Shown here: positions 41,456 through 56,400 of the stretch, one piece after another
Layout of the letters: each line of letters starts with the position of its first letter
Position numbering within the stretch: the first letter of the stretch is position 1
NCBI GenBank assembly: GCA_030141605.1
Contig: JAQGDQ010000447.1
Span: 1-64,000 of the forward strand
Reading direction: 5' to 3'
Source of the DNA: Tubiluchus corallicola
Taxonomy: Eukaryota > Animalia > Priapulida
DNA: 64,000 nucleotides
The notes under the pieces: model-generated
Database searches by the model: none
The model's input: the letters and a program-made list of their open reading frames with translations, nothing else
What the model was told of the DNA's origin: nothing
Translations under genes and position numbers: made by a program

Positions 41456-44400
41456 CTACAAACAGAGAAAGTTGTGAAAAAAAATCTCAAAACATTTTTG
41501 AAGACCAAGATGAACTGCTGCTTCCGGACAGTTCCGGACAGTTTTCCTGCTTACTAACAATGGCAAGCCCAAAGAAAAACAGCAACCAATTTTATATTCA
41601 GTGTTGGGTAAGCCCAAAAAATGTAACATCAACCTTCTGGAAAAAAGTAAGTAACTACAGCTACATCAACCTTCTGGAAAAAAGTAGCTAACTACAGCTA
41701 CACCAACCACTAGAAAAAAGTAGTTAACTACACCTACACCAACTTCTGGAAAAAAGTAGTTAACTACAGCTACATCAACTTCTGGAAAAAGCAGCTGAAT
41801 ACAGCTACATCAACCTCTGGAAAAAAGTAGTTAACTACAGCTACATCAACCTCTGGAAGTAGTTAACTACAGCTACACCAACCTCTGGAAAAAAGTAGTT
41901 AACTACAGCTACACCAACCTCTGGAAAAAAGTAGTTAACTACAGCTACACCAACCTCTGGAAAAAAGTAGTTAACTACAGCTACACCAACCTCTAGAAAA
42001 AAGTAAGTAACTACAGCTACATCAACCTCTGGAAAAAAGTTGTTAACTACAGCTACACCAACCTCTGGAAAAAAGTAGTTAACTACAGCTACACCAACCT
42101 CTAGAAAAAAGTAAGTAACTACAGCTACACCAACTTCTGGAAAAATTAACTAACTGGAGCTACAGCTACCTCTGTAGTAGTGCTACACTAATGCTGTGAA
42201 AAAATATAGCTAACTACAGTGGCGCTACTAAAACAGCTGTAGACACTGTTACCCAACACTGTTTATACTGGGTTAAGATACATTATGGCATAAAATACTG
42301 ACATTCCCTAACTCTGTCATTATATGGTTTCTTTAAACTGTAGATAATGTTAATATTCTCATACGACTGCAAGCAGTGCAAATACACACTTGCGTTGTTT
42401 TACTAACTCGCCCCTAGGTGGCAGACAAAAAATTGCCAGGTCACCATAGTAACGTCAACTTTCTGGCAGTGTGACGTTAGAAGATACAGCAGGACAATGA
42501 GCATAGCGGCTGCATGTAACAAACACCTATTGTTCCACCTAAGCTATGACTTGCTGCTGCGTGAAATTTTACACAATTTTTTTACAAACATCATTAGCGC
42601 ACAAAAAGTTTATTCCAACATTTGCATAAATAACATATTCCAGTGGGAGGTTTCATCAGCTATTTAAAGCTGTTGGTTGTTTTTGTTTAAGTAAGTAAAT
42701 AATTTAACTACTTGAGAAAAACCTGCTGGAGTCCCGTGAAAAACGCTTTATTTACTGAACAAAACAGCATAAAATACTTAATAAAGTTACTGAAAATGCA
42801 CAAAAACCGAAAAATGATCTTGACACAAAAATGTGATCATTATAAACCTTAAGAACCCCTCTTAATAGATCCATTGACTGTTTTTACCAGCAAAAACTCA
42901 TTGTAACATAATTAACGACTATTGTGTAAAAAGTGAAAATGCTCAATGACGAGCAAGTTGATCGGGCACAACAATGAAACCTGTAATTGCAGTCATACGC
43001 TGTTGTGTATTATGTTCACTGCTATATAGCTTTTACATGTCAAATGTAGACACGGGAAAATTCAAATGTGACTTAGGTAAGTCAAATGTAGACATAGGAA
43101 TTTCGAATGTGTTTTAGTAACTCAAATGTGACTTAGGTGATGGGTGATTTAACACCTATACACATTTGAGATACCAATGTCACATTTGACTTGACATGTG
43201 TCTACACTTGACTTACCAAAAGCGCTCAAGATTCGTTGAAAGCCATTGTTAACACATTTGAGCTACCAAAGTCTACATTTGAGTTACCAAGACACATTTG
43301 AATTACCTAAATCTACATTTGAGTAAACGCAGGTCTACATTTGACATGTAAAACCTATAGAAGTTCCAAATCAACTTACCAATATTAAGTGCAGTGCGGC
43401 TACTATAGTTGTGGTCCACTCAAAGTTAATTGCTTGTACCAGAGCGCCACCTACTGATGGACCAAAGAATGCTCTGGAATAGAAACTAGCGTAAATAAAC
43501 GACGTGTAATCTTCCAGATCATTATTAAAGTTGTTTGGCAAGAGTAAAATAGATAGGGTTACCATATTGTCCGAGTTGAAAAAGAGGACACGGGTACTTG
43601 GCCTTCATTTCATCTGTAAATGCACACTGTCATTTCGGCATTGCTACTTTCTAACTTTTACCAGTTGCTCAAAACTGCAAAACAGTGTAACTATACAAAT
43701 TTAAAGAAATTCACATAAAAGCGAACAAAATGGCTCCCGGAAGCTGACGTCATTTTAAGTCGTTAGCGAATACGCCGAATATCGACAGTGGTGTGCGTCG
43801 TGTGACCCATAGTGATGTGCTCATTGCTTACTTTTGTTCAGTAAATATGTACGCAAAGCTTTTACAAGGGTTGCATTTGAGATGTTAGCAACATCTTGTA
43901 GTGAAAATTAACGAGCTTTTCTTTGTCTCGTACTGTCATACGCCTCTGCAGTTGGCAACGTCTGTACATACTTACGGATTGAGACAAAACCCGGACAGAG
44001 GCCCAAAAAGAGGACGTGTCCGGGGAAACCCGGACCTATGGTAACCCTAAAAATAAAGGCCGCTTTCACAAAGACGTTGTTATTACATTCACTTAACTAT
44101 TAATAAGGACGTCGTCAAGTTAGTGATGCCTTCGTAAAACTGCGCCTGGTACTTCGGAGAATTTAACAAAGAGGTTTTTCAACCAAACCAACATTTGGTT
44201 CCGTAATGGTAGCAGCTATGTACATACCCGAAGGAAAAACATGATGAAAATAAACCAGAGACAAGACCGTAAGTTTCAAAGTTATCTGGAAATCCATGAG
44301 CTCTGAAAAAAAACAAAAGCTATGAAATTCACAAGACGCATCAGACTAGAATTGAAATAAAATGGCAAAAGTTTCGTTGAAAATAAAATGCGATCAAACA

Positions 44401-47400
44401 TTAGGAAAGCTCTTTTGCTTGTAACTGCCCAAACTTAAAACAGTTTAAATACAGTGTGTCTGTCTCAAAAGTCACCACACACTGTGATTTTTCTTTTTCT
44501 TTTTGAAGTTTTCTCCAATCTCAGCAAGGTCTTACAAGAATAAATGCGGGTCTTTGACAGTTCTTTTAATTTGTTTTTTCACTGGAACACGGTTGCTATG
44601 ATGATGAACTGGGGCGAAAAACCTCAAAAAATGGTAATTTTTCGGACGTTTTTTTGCAAAAGTTATACGCGTGAGATCTGGAGAACGGGAATGGGCCGAG
44701 GGCGGTGCTGGCTATGGATAAATAGCCCGTTCAGCGGTGGGTGTAGTAGGCATATTTAGAATTTGCGAGAGAGTTACGGCGTCCCGTAACGGGCGTTTTC
44801 CCGGACCCAACTCGTGATTTTTTCGAAATTTTGACCAAACGGCATGAGGAAAAAACGCCTTAGCCTGGTGGGACTCTTGGAAGGAGATATACGGCTCTTT
44901 ACAAAGAGGAAGAACAGGGCTATACGATGATGTGAGCTATATTTTAGGGAAGGTCCACTGAGAGGAGTAGCGAGGAGTTAATTACATGTTCTATTTTCGA
45001 CAATTTTCGCTTAGAAAACTGCTGACGCAAAGCCATTGTTCTGACGTCATCCATTATGCTCTGTCTATAACCTTATAGCTTTAATTCAGTAAAAGCTGCT
45101 GCTCTGGCTTTGCGTTAGGTAAGTAAACAAACACTAGGTGGAACGTTTGCGTATTTTTGATTCTACGTGTATTTATACGCAAAATTTTTTACGGGGTCTT
45201 TGCTAGTCTATATATTAATATTCTTGATATATATATAAGATTCGAGGCTACAGCTCGGACGACGGCACCATTTGCGGCGATCTATACATCAAACGAAAGG
45301 TCTCGATCTAGTGTCGTGCCATTGGGGGTTTATTTTTCGAATCGGGCCCACCGGGACGAACGGGGGGCGAAAAACCTCCAAAAATGGCCATTTTTCGGCC
45401 GTTTTTTGCAAAAGTTATACGCCTGAGATCTGAAGAACGGGAACGGGCCATGGGTGGTGCTGGCTATGGATAGATAGCCCGTTCAGCGGTGGGTGTCATA
45501 GGCATATTTAGAATTCGCGAGAGGGCCACGGCATCCGGTAACGGGCGTTTTCCCGGACCCAACTCGCAATTTTTCGAAATTTTAGTCAAACAGCCTGCGG
45601 AAAAAACATTCTAGCGGCACCTGGTGGGACTTTCGGAAGGAGATATATGGCTCTTTAGAAAGAGGAGAACAGGACTACACGATGATGTGGGCTATATTTT
45701 AGGACACGTCCACCAAGAGGAGTACCGACGAGTTAATTAGATGTTCTATTTTCCGCAATTTTCGTTTGGAAAATTACATCATCCATTATATTCTGCCTAT
45801 AACCTTACAACTTTAATTCAGTAAAAGCTGTTACTGGCTTTGCGTTATAAATGAGGACTATATAGGATGTTTGCGTATTTTTGATTATACGTGTAGTTAT
45901 ATGCAAAATTTTTTGCGGGGCCTTTGCTAGTATAAAATTATTACATTTTGCTGGTTAACCTCAACAGGAAAGATTCAGTTGTTTGGCAAACCAGAACTAC
46001 TTGAAAAACGTAATAAACAAACTACTCCTCTCAAGCCTCATCTTTCAGTACACAATTACTCAATTCGCAAGCGGTTTTGTCTTTACTTTTATAGACAATA
46101 AAAAAGCTCTCCTAACTACGCAACAAAGCATGTAACTACTTTCAAAACTTCCTTAAACTCAGAACACCCAAAATTCAAACTTATACTTAAATTTTCAGTA
46201 CATAATTACTCAGTTCACAAGCGGTTTCGTCTTTACTTTTATAGACAAAAAAAAGCTCTCCTAACTAAGCAACAAAGCATCCAACTACTTTCAAAACTTC
46301 CTTAAACTCAGAACACCCAAAATTCAAACTCATACTTAAATTTTCTGTACATAATTACTCAGTTCGCAAGCGGTTTTGTCTTTACTTTTATGGACAAGAA
46401 AAGCTTTCCTAGCTAAGCAACAAAGCATCCAACTACTTTCAAAACTTCCTTAAACTCAGAGCACCCAAAATTCAAACTCATACTTAAATTTTCTGTACAT
46501 AATTACTCAGTTCGCAAGCGGTTTTGTCTTTACTTTTATGGACAAGAAAAGCTTTCCTAGCTAAGCAACAAAGCATCCAACTACTTTCAAAACTTCCTTA
46601 AACTCAGAGCACCCAAAATTTAAACTCATACTTAAATTTTCTGTACATAATTACTCAGTTCACAAGCGGTTTTGTCTTTACTTTTATAGACAATAAAAAA
46701 GCTCTCCTAACTACGCAACAAAGCATGTAACTACTTTCAAAACTTCCTTAAACTCAGAACACCCAAAATTCAAACTTATACTTAAATTTTCAGTACATAA
46801 TTACTCAGTTCACAAGCGGTTTTGTCTTTACTTTTATAGACAATAAAAAAGCTCTCCTAACTACGCAACAAAGCATGTAACTACTTTCAAAACTTCCTTA
46901 AACTCAGAACACCCAAAATTCAAAGTCATACTTAAACTTTCAGTGCATACAAATATTAAAACAAACTGTTTTTGAAATATTTTAAACGTTTCTCGAAGTC
47001 ACCGATACCACGGAGTTTTAAATCCATACTTAACTTTCAATACGGACAAATATTAACAGAAAATCACTTACAGAGACTGGACTAGACAGTCTTTAAATGG
47101 CGGCACGAGCTGCAGGCCGATTCCGAGACCAGTGACGCACAGAGCTAAAATCACTAACCATAAACCTGCCGACCTGAAAAAACGCAAAGCAACTTTTATG
47201 TCATTTATGATTTTTAAAAATTATAATGATTAGAAGTGATCACTTTAGTGCTTCGGAGGGCACAACGGTCTAGCCGGTTCCTCGGCTTCTGAGATTCCTA
47301 GGCAGTCACCCATCCAAGTACTAACCAGGCTCTACGTTACTTAACTTCGGTGATCAGATGAGAACCGGTGTTTTCAACGTGATATGGCCTATGTACTACT

Positions 47401-50400
47401 CGTAGTTATATACAGTCACCGCCGTTTATTACACTCACAGTTAGTAGAATCAGTCGCTTAATTGACTCAAATAATTATGCACAGCTGACTCAAAATTTTT
47501 GCTACAGGCACTTAAAATAAGACACCAGTGTGTGAGCGAAGAACTTTTACTACTTTTACATCGTTTACAAAAATGATCAAATACAACATCATCGCTGTTT
47601 AGTGGAAGTAGTTTTTCATGAACCCATGTAAAATGCAGCAAACGTTTACGGTCCCCTGGGAGTTACTTGAGTCAAAACACTTCCGTTCTAAAGTGAGTCT
47701 ATTAAGTGGCGCATACTATAACACTACGGCCAAATCACGTTGAAAACATCGGTTCTCATCTGATCACTGAAGTTAAGCAACATAGAGCCTGGTTAGTGCT
47801 TGGATGGGTGACCGCCTAGGAATATCAGGTGCTGTAGGCTTGCGGGATGCCCACACTGTATCTCGACACTAGGAGGAGGAGCTGCACAAGCAGCCAACGG
47901 CTAGAGGGCGGAGGAGGTCAAGTGACCCAACGGCCATGTGTAGAGGTGTAGACCTTCTAAATCAGGACTGGAGCCCCGAAGGCGGACCAGTGCAGCATGC
48001 TCACTGACTCAGGCAGCTCCTGCAGCCAACCTGGTGCCAAACGTATCGCCACACTTTCCTTTGGACTACACCAGGGAGGAGGAGAGAGGGTTCCTGTTGT
48101 CTGGGCAACTCAGGATCTCCATACACCTTGCCCAGGCGTGTGCCCTGGAGACGTTCAAGGATCGGACTCTCTTGGCACCCACTCCATTGTCTTCCGAGAC
48201 AGAAGGATGCCAACAACAACAACTATAACACTGAAGAAGTACAACATCTGTTAATGAAAATTCCACTAACCCTCGCTCTATGAAGAATATCGGTGAAGGT
48301 CCCAAAAGCAACATTCCCATCATGCACAGAACGCAGCCAGCAGACATAAACAACTTCGCATGAGCCTGTAAACAAAAAGTATATCTCAATATGCTTGAGT
48401 AGCGAGGCAGACAAACAAACAAACGAGCACACAGAGGTTGCAATCATATAACAGAAATTTGAAAAGTAAAAATCATCTAAAGATACAAAATGATTCATAT
48501 AAGAAAAAACACGGCAAAGCTAAAAACTGAACCCAGATTTGAACCCAGGATTTTCAGTTACAATGTAAATGCTCAACCATCAGACCACACATCAAACAAT
48601 TCTAAAATTCTGTCACAGTCGCTTTGTCTCCAACTGAAGGTAAGTTGATCTGTTTACCGCGACTTGAGCAGCTACTGGAATGAAGCCAGAATCCCTCAAA
48701 ATAAAAATCACTGTAGGCCTAGTGGCTGAGAAGTTGAGCTTATGGCACGGAGATTCCTAGTTCAAGCCCAGGCTTAGCCATGACCTTTTTATCTTTTCCA
48801 TTTTTGGAAATTTGATTTCAAAATTAAATGGTAATAAGTTTTGGCTTAAACTAATACCTTAACATGGAAAATAGCATAAGACAAGGTATGAATTATTACA
48901 ATTATTAGCATGCTCATTATTGGTATTGTACAACCACTATCATAACTTTTTTTAGCACTGTAAATATGCACTTTCTTGCACGCCCAAAGATAATATATGT
49001 ATTAAAACAAAATTTCACAATGTAATTAATGTTTGGCTAAAACTATTCTATCACATGTAAGAGATGGTGCTGAGTCCATGGCAGTGAATGCTCGTGTATA
49101 CGTACTGTGGAACTGCAGCACTCCCTTTTCACTCCATATTATTGATGATATTCAACCTAGCCACTGGGGGGGGGGGTGGCAAGCCAGCCCAACTCAGTGC
49201 CGGTCCCAAGCCCGGATAAATAGGGAGGGTTGGGGTCAGGAAGGGCATCCGCCTGTAAAAACTGCGCCAAAACCGTCTATGAATGAGTCGGTGAGACTTA
49301 AAGGTAATGTCCACAAAGAAGTGGTCGCACCCGCTCTAATCTATGGGCTGGAAGCAGCTTCTCTAAAGAAGACCGAAGAGAAGAAAATGGGTGTGGTGGA
49401 GATGAGGATGTTGAGATGAATGGTGGGAATAACAAGAAGAGATAAAATTAGAAATAATAATATCAGAGGAACAGTAAAAGTAGTGGAAGCCTCGCAAGAT
49501 TGCGATGGTATGGACACCTGAAAAGAAGAGTCGGGGAAGATCATGTGGGAAGGGAGGTCATGGAAATGGAAGAGCTGGGAAATAGAAGAAGAGGACGACC
49601 CAAGCGGAGATGGATTGAATGTTATTAATGGAGACCTTAGAGAGAAGAACATAAATGAAGAGATGGTCAAATACAGGAATGTGTGGAGAAGATTCATTCA
49701 CAACGGCGACCCCGCATAGGGAAAAGCTGGAAAGAAGAAGAAGAAGAAGAAGAAGAAATTATCGACGATATTCAATATAATGAGACGTTTTCTTTAATTG
49801 TTTCTTTACACTTGTACATATTTGTAAATCCTTGTATTTAACAAAATTGGAACAGTTTTACACACTAAAATCAGCTTGTAACACTGGTGGAAAAGTATAA
49901 ATCTGAGGTACAAATCATGAAATGATGTACATTTACTGTAGTCTAAGTAACTAATATCGGACATTCATCTCTGAATCCAGTTTCACATCACCAAAAGTCA
50001 CACAATCATAGACAAACAGGAAACAAAATATCCATGCAAAAAATCACAACAAACAGTTTTTCAACAAGAACAGTACATAACTACTGTTGCTGCATCAGTG
50101 AATTAAAGGAAAAGTCAACCCTTTTGGGAATTCAGGCTTTTTTCAACGTTCGTTAAAAATGTTAGAAGGATTTAGTAATAAAAGTGTGAAAAGATCCTCA
50201 TGTAGTTAGCAAAAATCAGTTTAAAGTCGCGATTATCTCACGCTTCGGAATTCCCATTTTGGACGCCCGTTCTTCCATCTATGCATCAGTTATCAGCTGA
50301 AGAAAAGTAGTGCACTGTCAATCTTCATCAAAAAGTACAGGATTTTACAAAAAAGGCAGCTGATTTTGTGATATTTTTGCATGAACATTATAAATAAGCT

Positions 50401-53400
50401 GCAGAAGTTTGAATGCACGGTGAGCTTACGGAAAGCCTCGAAGTTGACTACTTACGTCATAATTTTCAAGTGAATGGTGGCTCCCCCACCTGCCTGAAAA
50501 TTCCTACACAGTGGTAGTATTAATTAGCTTGGTGTTTTATAGACAATTTTTTCTCAAATTCCTTTGCCACATTTTTCCGAGTTTTCTAAGTGATAACAGT
50601 AAAATGAACACAAAGTGACTAGTGCTTTCCTTTAAATGTCTGACCCGCTAACCAGCTTTACTAGACCAGTAGAGAGTAGAAGGTCTCTACAGAATACTTA
50701 CGCAAGTGTCGCTAAGATAACCCCAGAGTGGGGTGACAACCGTGTCAACTCCGAACATGCACAGAAACACAAGGCCTACCTTTTCGGCTCCTAAATTGTA
50801 CTGAAACATCAAAAACCCAAAAATTACACTACGGATAGAGGAGATATTCTGAACACGTATACTTACGTAGTTGTCGCTGAGATAACCCCAGAACGGGGCA
50901 GTAATCGTGTACACTCCGGACATGCAGAGAAATACGAGGCCGACAATTTCTGGTCCTATATTGTACTGAAATATCAAAAGGAAAATAAGCAAAAACCGGA
51001 AAACAAAGAATAAGACGAGCACAGGCAACGAAAGCAGGGATGTAAGAAATTTCAGCTTGAACTTTTTATATCTTTGTTTATGCAGAGTGTTTTCTTGTGC
51101 TTTAACAAAGACACGGAAAAAGTGAAGAAGTTGAAAATGCATGTAGTAGCTTGCAGCTCAGACTGTTGATTGTTATTTAGGACATGAGTTACAATTTACA
51201 GACAAAACATTAATTTGTCAATCAAAAGTGCTAATATGAGACTAAAAGCGCACAGAAAAGTGATAAATAAATTGGAATAGAATTACTGAACACAAGAATA
51301 TCAAAGAAGATTGTCTTATTAAGGCAGGGGTGTGCAAATTCTGGCCAGCCGAGAGAATTTGTGCAGCCCGCAAAGAGGTTTGTCAACCTAATGAAAGTGC
51401 GGCCTGGGAATTAATTGAGTGTATCCAGCTGAAGTCCGTGCCACGATCCCAAAGATAGTGCGGGTAGTTTTTTCTACTAGATCAGATGCCATTAACCCTT
51501 ACAAGACGGTTGTAGCTTAATAACACTGTACTACACAGACTGTGTGATACACATTACTAATATGCATTGTAATGAAATTACCACTATCTGTCCTGAAAGT
51601 AAAAATATATGGTTTGTAATATAAATTTTAATAACTTCTAAAATAGTTTCTTGAGTGTAGTTGTAATGATGTACGCAGGTCGGATGCAAAAAAAATCATT
51701 ATTAGGCCTTTCAGTACTTGGCTCCTTGATCAAACTGCCCGTGGCCCGCAGGAATTGCGGGAAAGTTTAATGTGACCCAGCTAGTCAGATAATTTGCACC
51801 CCCTGTATTAAGGGAAACTAGAATATTCTATAAGCATGTGAAAATACAGTGTGACTACTAAAGCAAGCAAAGCAACATGAAAATAAGCTTCATTACTGTC
51901 ACACTTAAGTGATTACTTGTCTAATTAATTATCTCTATATTTAGCTTGTGTAGACAGCTTTAGATAGCAATGAACGCTGTGAATACTGGGGCTGGTATCC
52001 GGTGAATGTAACAAGACTTGAGATTACATGTTGAAATATTGCCAGAGAGCGTATAACATCTGTAGGGAAGACACTTGTGAAAAAGATGAGAAACTTTTGG
52101 ATAATTCACCAGGCCAGGGATGAGAATGACAAATTGCAAAAAACTCTGAAACAGGCCGGGGGTTTTGGGGCCGCCTAGGCCCCCAATGGGGTTCAAGGGA
52201 AGCCCCCTTGGAGTCAGCAACAAATTGCAATTTTGTGAACATAGAGAACCTCTAAGTGGACTTACAATATCAATTACATTGTTTCATGCATAATTTAAAA
52301 TACCCAACTATCAAGGATACATGATACCTAATTGTCTCAAAAACGCCTAAGTACTGGTCGCTCCTATACAAAAGTTATAAAAACTGTCTGCAATTGACTC
52401 AAATAACTCCGCACAATTGATTCTATATTTTTATACATAGAGATCTACACGTGGTTACACTGATGTACGTGATGTAAACAAAGTGATGGCCTGCCAACTA
52501 GCGGTCAGCTTGTGAAATAATGTATTGGGTCCGTAAAAATTTTCTCAACAAAAATGGCACTACTGGTCTTCCAAAAACTCGGAATTCCGCGTATCCGCGG
52601 AAAATTCTCATCCCTGCACCAGGCTCGAGACTAATAATGTTCAGTTAAAAACAGAAACACTCGCACATTAATGCAGGCACAAAATTTCGCATTAGTAATG
52701 TTTTTCCTTTAAAAAGCATGCATGCAGTAAAAAAATTTCTTACGGGAAATTTTTAGCACTCGGAAATTTTTTACCTAATACACATTTCACGGGTTTCCGG
52801 AAATTTTCCATAACAAACTTTATAATTATATAGTATCACATTATCAAGCATTTGCATGAAACACGGAAAACTACAGTGTCAGCTTTTTATCTATGTACCA
52901 AAATTGTGTGCACAATGTTGCCCAGTGCAAGACTGCAAAAGCTAAGAAATTATTGGTAATAAAGGTATAACAACAAAGGTATGTTCTCTTCATTGATTCT
53001 TAGTAGTTTAACTGACTACGGCCAAATCACGTTGAAAACACCGGTTCTCGTCTGATCACCGAAGTTAAGCAACGTAGAGCCTGGTTAGTACTTGGATTGG
53101 TGACCGCCAAGGAATACCAGGTGCTGTAGGCTTGCGGGATGCCCACACTGTATCTTGACACTAGGCGGAGGAGCTGCACAAGCAGCCAACGGCTAGAGGA
53201 CGGAGGAGGTCAAGTGACCCAACGGCCATGTGTAGAGGAGTAAACCTTCCAAATCAGGAGTGGAGCTCCGAAGGCGGACCAGTGCAGCATGCTCACTGAC
53301 TCCGGCAGTTCCTGCAGTCAACCTGGTGCCAAACGTATCGCTCCGCTTTCCTTTGAACTACACCAGGGAGGAAGAGAGGGGGGTTCCTGTTGTCTGGGCA

Positions 53401-56400
53401 ACACAGGATCTCCATACACCTTGCCCAGGCGTGTGCCCTGGAGGCGTTCAAGGATCGCACTGCTCAGCCACAGTTGATGCTGCAGCTCCATCAATTTGAT
53501 CAATAACTGACTCTCTTGCCGCACACTCCATTGTCTTCCGAAACAGAAGGATGCCAACCAGTAGTTTAACACCTTCAGAACCGTAAGTGTTTGCTACATT
53601 TTACATGGGTTCATGAAAAACTGCTCTCACTAAGCAGCGATTACGCTATATTTCATAGTTTTTGTAGGTTTTTACTCCTTACGGGTTGGATTTTAATGCA
53701 AAATTATACATGGAGGGCATCTGCTCACCTTAGACAGATTAAAAATCGATTTTTGGCTAAAAACCTTTAAGTAACTGCAGCGTTTGCCCTGTAGCAATAT
53801 ACAGTATCACTTGTGTGAAATCGGCCAATGCAGAAAGTTTCAACTATCCAGACACAACATTCTGATGCACTTTGGCCTCAAGTCTATTTTTAAGGAGAAA
53901 TTCCTGTTAAAACATGAAATGACCTTAATTTGTCCTTGACTGATCTGTTGGTTTTTTCTGGAATAGCAACAGAACACTGCACAGCTTGCGCTGTAGCAAG
54001 CAGGCGATCAATAAAATCATGTGTACGAACACGCAAGTGTACAACAGACTAAGCTACTCAATAGGCTAAGTTGGAGTGCCTGGAGTGGGTGTGTTTTTTC
54101 TTAATTTTATCCAATTAAATCACTTATAAATGTTTAAACAAATAGCATGATTGGATAACCGAGATTCTCCTGAATAGAAAAGTACCAAATTTAGTTATCA
54201 CTTAGTTATGTCTGTGCTGATAAGGTAGCAGAAAAGTCAAAGGTCTTATAAGACCTATTTTCAATGATACATTCTTACTCAATTTTATCGAATTAAATTA
54301 GTTATAAATGTTTAAACAAATGGCATGATTGGATAGCCAAGATTCTCCTAAATAGAACAATATTTAATTTGTAATCATTTAGTTATGTCTGTGTTCATAC
54401 AGTAACAGAAAAGTCATAGGTCTTACAAGACCTAATTTGAACGGTGCGCTCCTGAAGGAGTTAAAGCGAGCTAAAACTCGGCAGGTAACGGTCAACACTT
54501 AAAACATTGCACCAATGCCAAAGTAGTTTAAGTGAGTATCATAACTTGTCTACGTCGATTTCGCAAATATTTCTAGCGGTGCTCGGGTTTCATTGTGCTG
54601 CTAAGGAACTAATGCTGTGTTCTTCAAAGGTAGTTTGCATTTCCAATTCTTAAGAGCCAACTACGTTTGACTTTATGGACCAACCAATACAGAAAACAAT
54701 AAATTTATTATTCATTACGTTCTCGAATGGTAATATTATCCGCCTCAGATATCTAACAACACAGCATTATGTTTGCGACGGACAAAATACTATAATTACC
54801 ACCACAGAGAAAATGATTTACACATTGAAGACAGATTAATCTATAAATTAAAGCTTTCAACAGTGAAAACAGTTTGCAGCGTGCGACACATAACCTACAA
54901 AGTAATCAGTGCATGAAGACAAAGAGACGATGAAACATACAGGGGAGGCTTGCAGAAAAAATTGTCTAAAAACATCAGTACAGTGAAAGAGTTGAGTCAC
55001 GACGCAGGTAAAAAGTGAGGCACTATACTCGACAAAGAACCTATTCCAAATTTGTCTCGGTGACAAGCAGAATTAAAGAAAATGTTGCAATGAAAGAATT
55101 ACTAAGACGCTAAAGAATTTAAATTATAAACAGAGAGAATGAAGAATTTTTGCAGAAAAACTGGAACGGTGAAATAGTGCTGTGTGATGACATGTGGTAC
55201 TACTACGGTGCACGCTGTACCTGACGAAGAGCGGGTTCCAGGTTGGGTTCGACGACCGTTATCGTCACGGCAGCAGAAGAGATGGTAGCGGACGACACCA
55301 GCACCGTTGGTATTGTCAGCAGCGTTAGAAACGAATGAGGAGAACTGATCACTTGATCTGTGAAACAAGCAATTTTAGAAAAGCAAGCACAAGCAAAAGA
55401 AAAATTAATTCCAGGCAAAAGCTATTCTACGAAAGAGTATGGAAATTAGATAAGGTAACAGTAATTGCAAAAAGAAGTTAAGCATTGATTAATCATTATA
55501 TAATACTATATTTGGATAGTAGCAAAATTTTTAATACGAGATATCAAAAAATATGCTTATAAAGTACTGTTTCAGCATCATAAGAGTAACTTAAAAAAAA
55601 CATCATATATTCGAAATAGCAATAAATATCTATTACCAAGTACGTCAAATTTATTCAGTTCTTACCACCTAGAATATTCAATAAATACGTTTTCTATATT
55701 TCAAAAAATTTAAAGAAAGAATTAAAAAATAATGTAATAACGATCAGATGAAACAGTGACGTAATCAAGTCGAATTTAACTAAACAAGTTTTGAAACTCT
55801 CACAATTTTTTCAACGCAATTATAGCAGAATTTAATGATTTGCTAAATTAAAGCTAAACTGTGGCAAATTTTGATGACGTATAATCTTTTTCATAAAAAA
55901 AATGCGTGCAGCATTTGCTAGCACAAGAAGAGCAAAGCAGCAAATGAATTAGTACGGCACAGCAGAGTGTGGATGCATACGGATCATACGTGGAAACATT
56001 CAACACTAACTAATAACCAATTTCCCCATTCACTGTGTTAAAAGTATGAAACAGAAGCATAGAGAAGAGAAAAATCGATGGGGCGAGCTCAAAAGATATG
56101 GAATTGCTACATTAATCACAAAGAAACACTAGGTCATGTCTGTAAGACCAGTACAAGAAAGACTAGTGCGTTTGGTAAGGGTTGTAGTCTCAACATTTTA
56201 CAACACAAAGGAAAATTCTATTTCGCAAAACAATATTGAGTTAATAATAGTTTTCAACAAATGCAACAAAAGTCAACATACAACACCAACAAACGACGAT
56301 ATGCTACTAGAAGTCGTACGCTGATTTATTCACTAGATGTCACATGTATGCTGTGGCAGCGTTACATGATGTGTCACACGATAGATCTCAAATCACTTTC

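Noticed and set aside
50687-51142. 151-aa ORF as a single exon
   Set aside because: It spans two paralogous 99-bp exons with strong splice sites; the spacer is open only because 66 is a multiple of 3.
53014-53133. Functional 5S rRNA gene (also 47724 and ~7420)
   Set aside because: No oligo-T terminator, scattered substitutions, fused to a shared body and bounded by TSDs: SINE heads.
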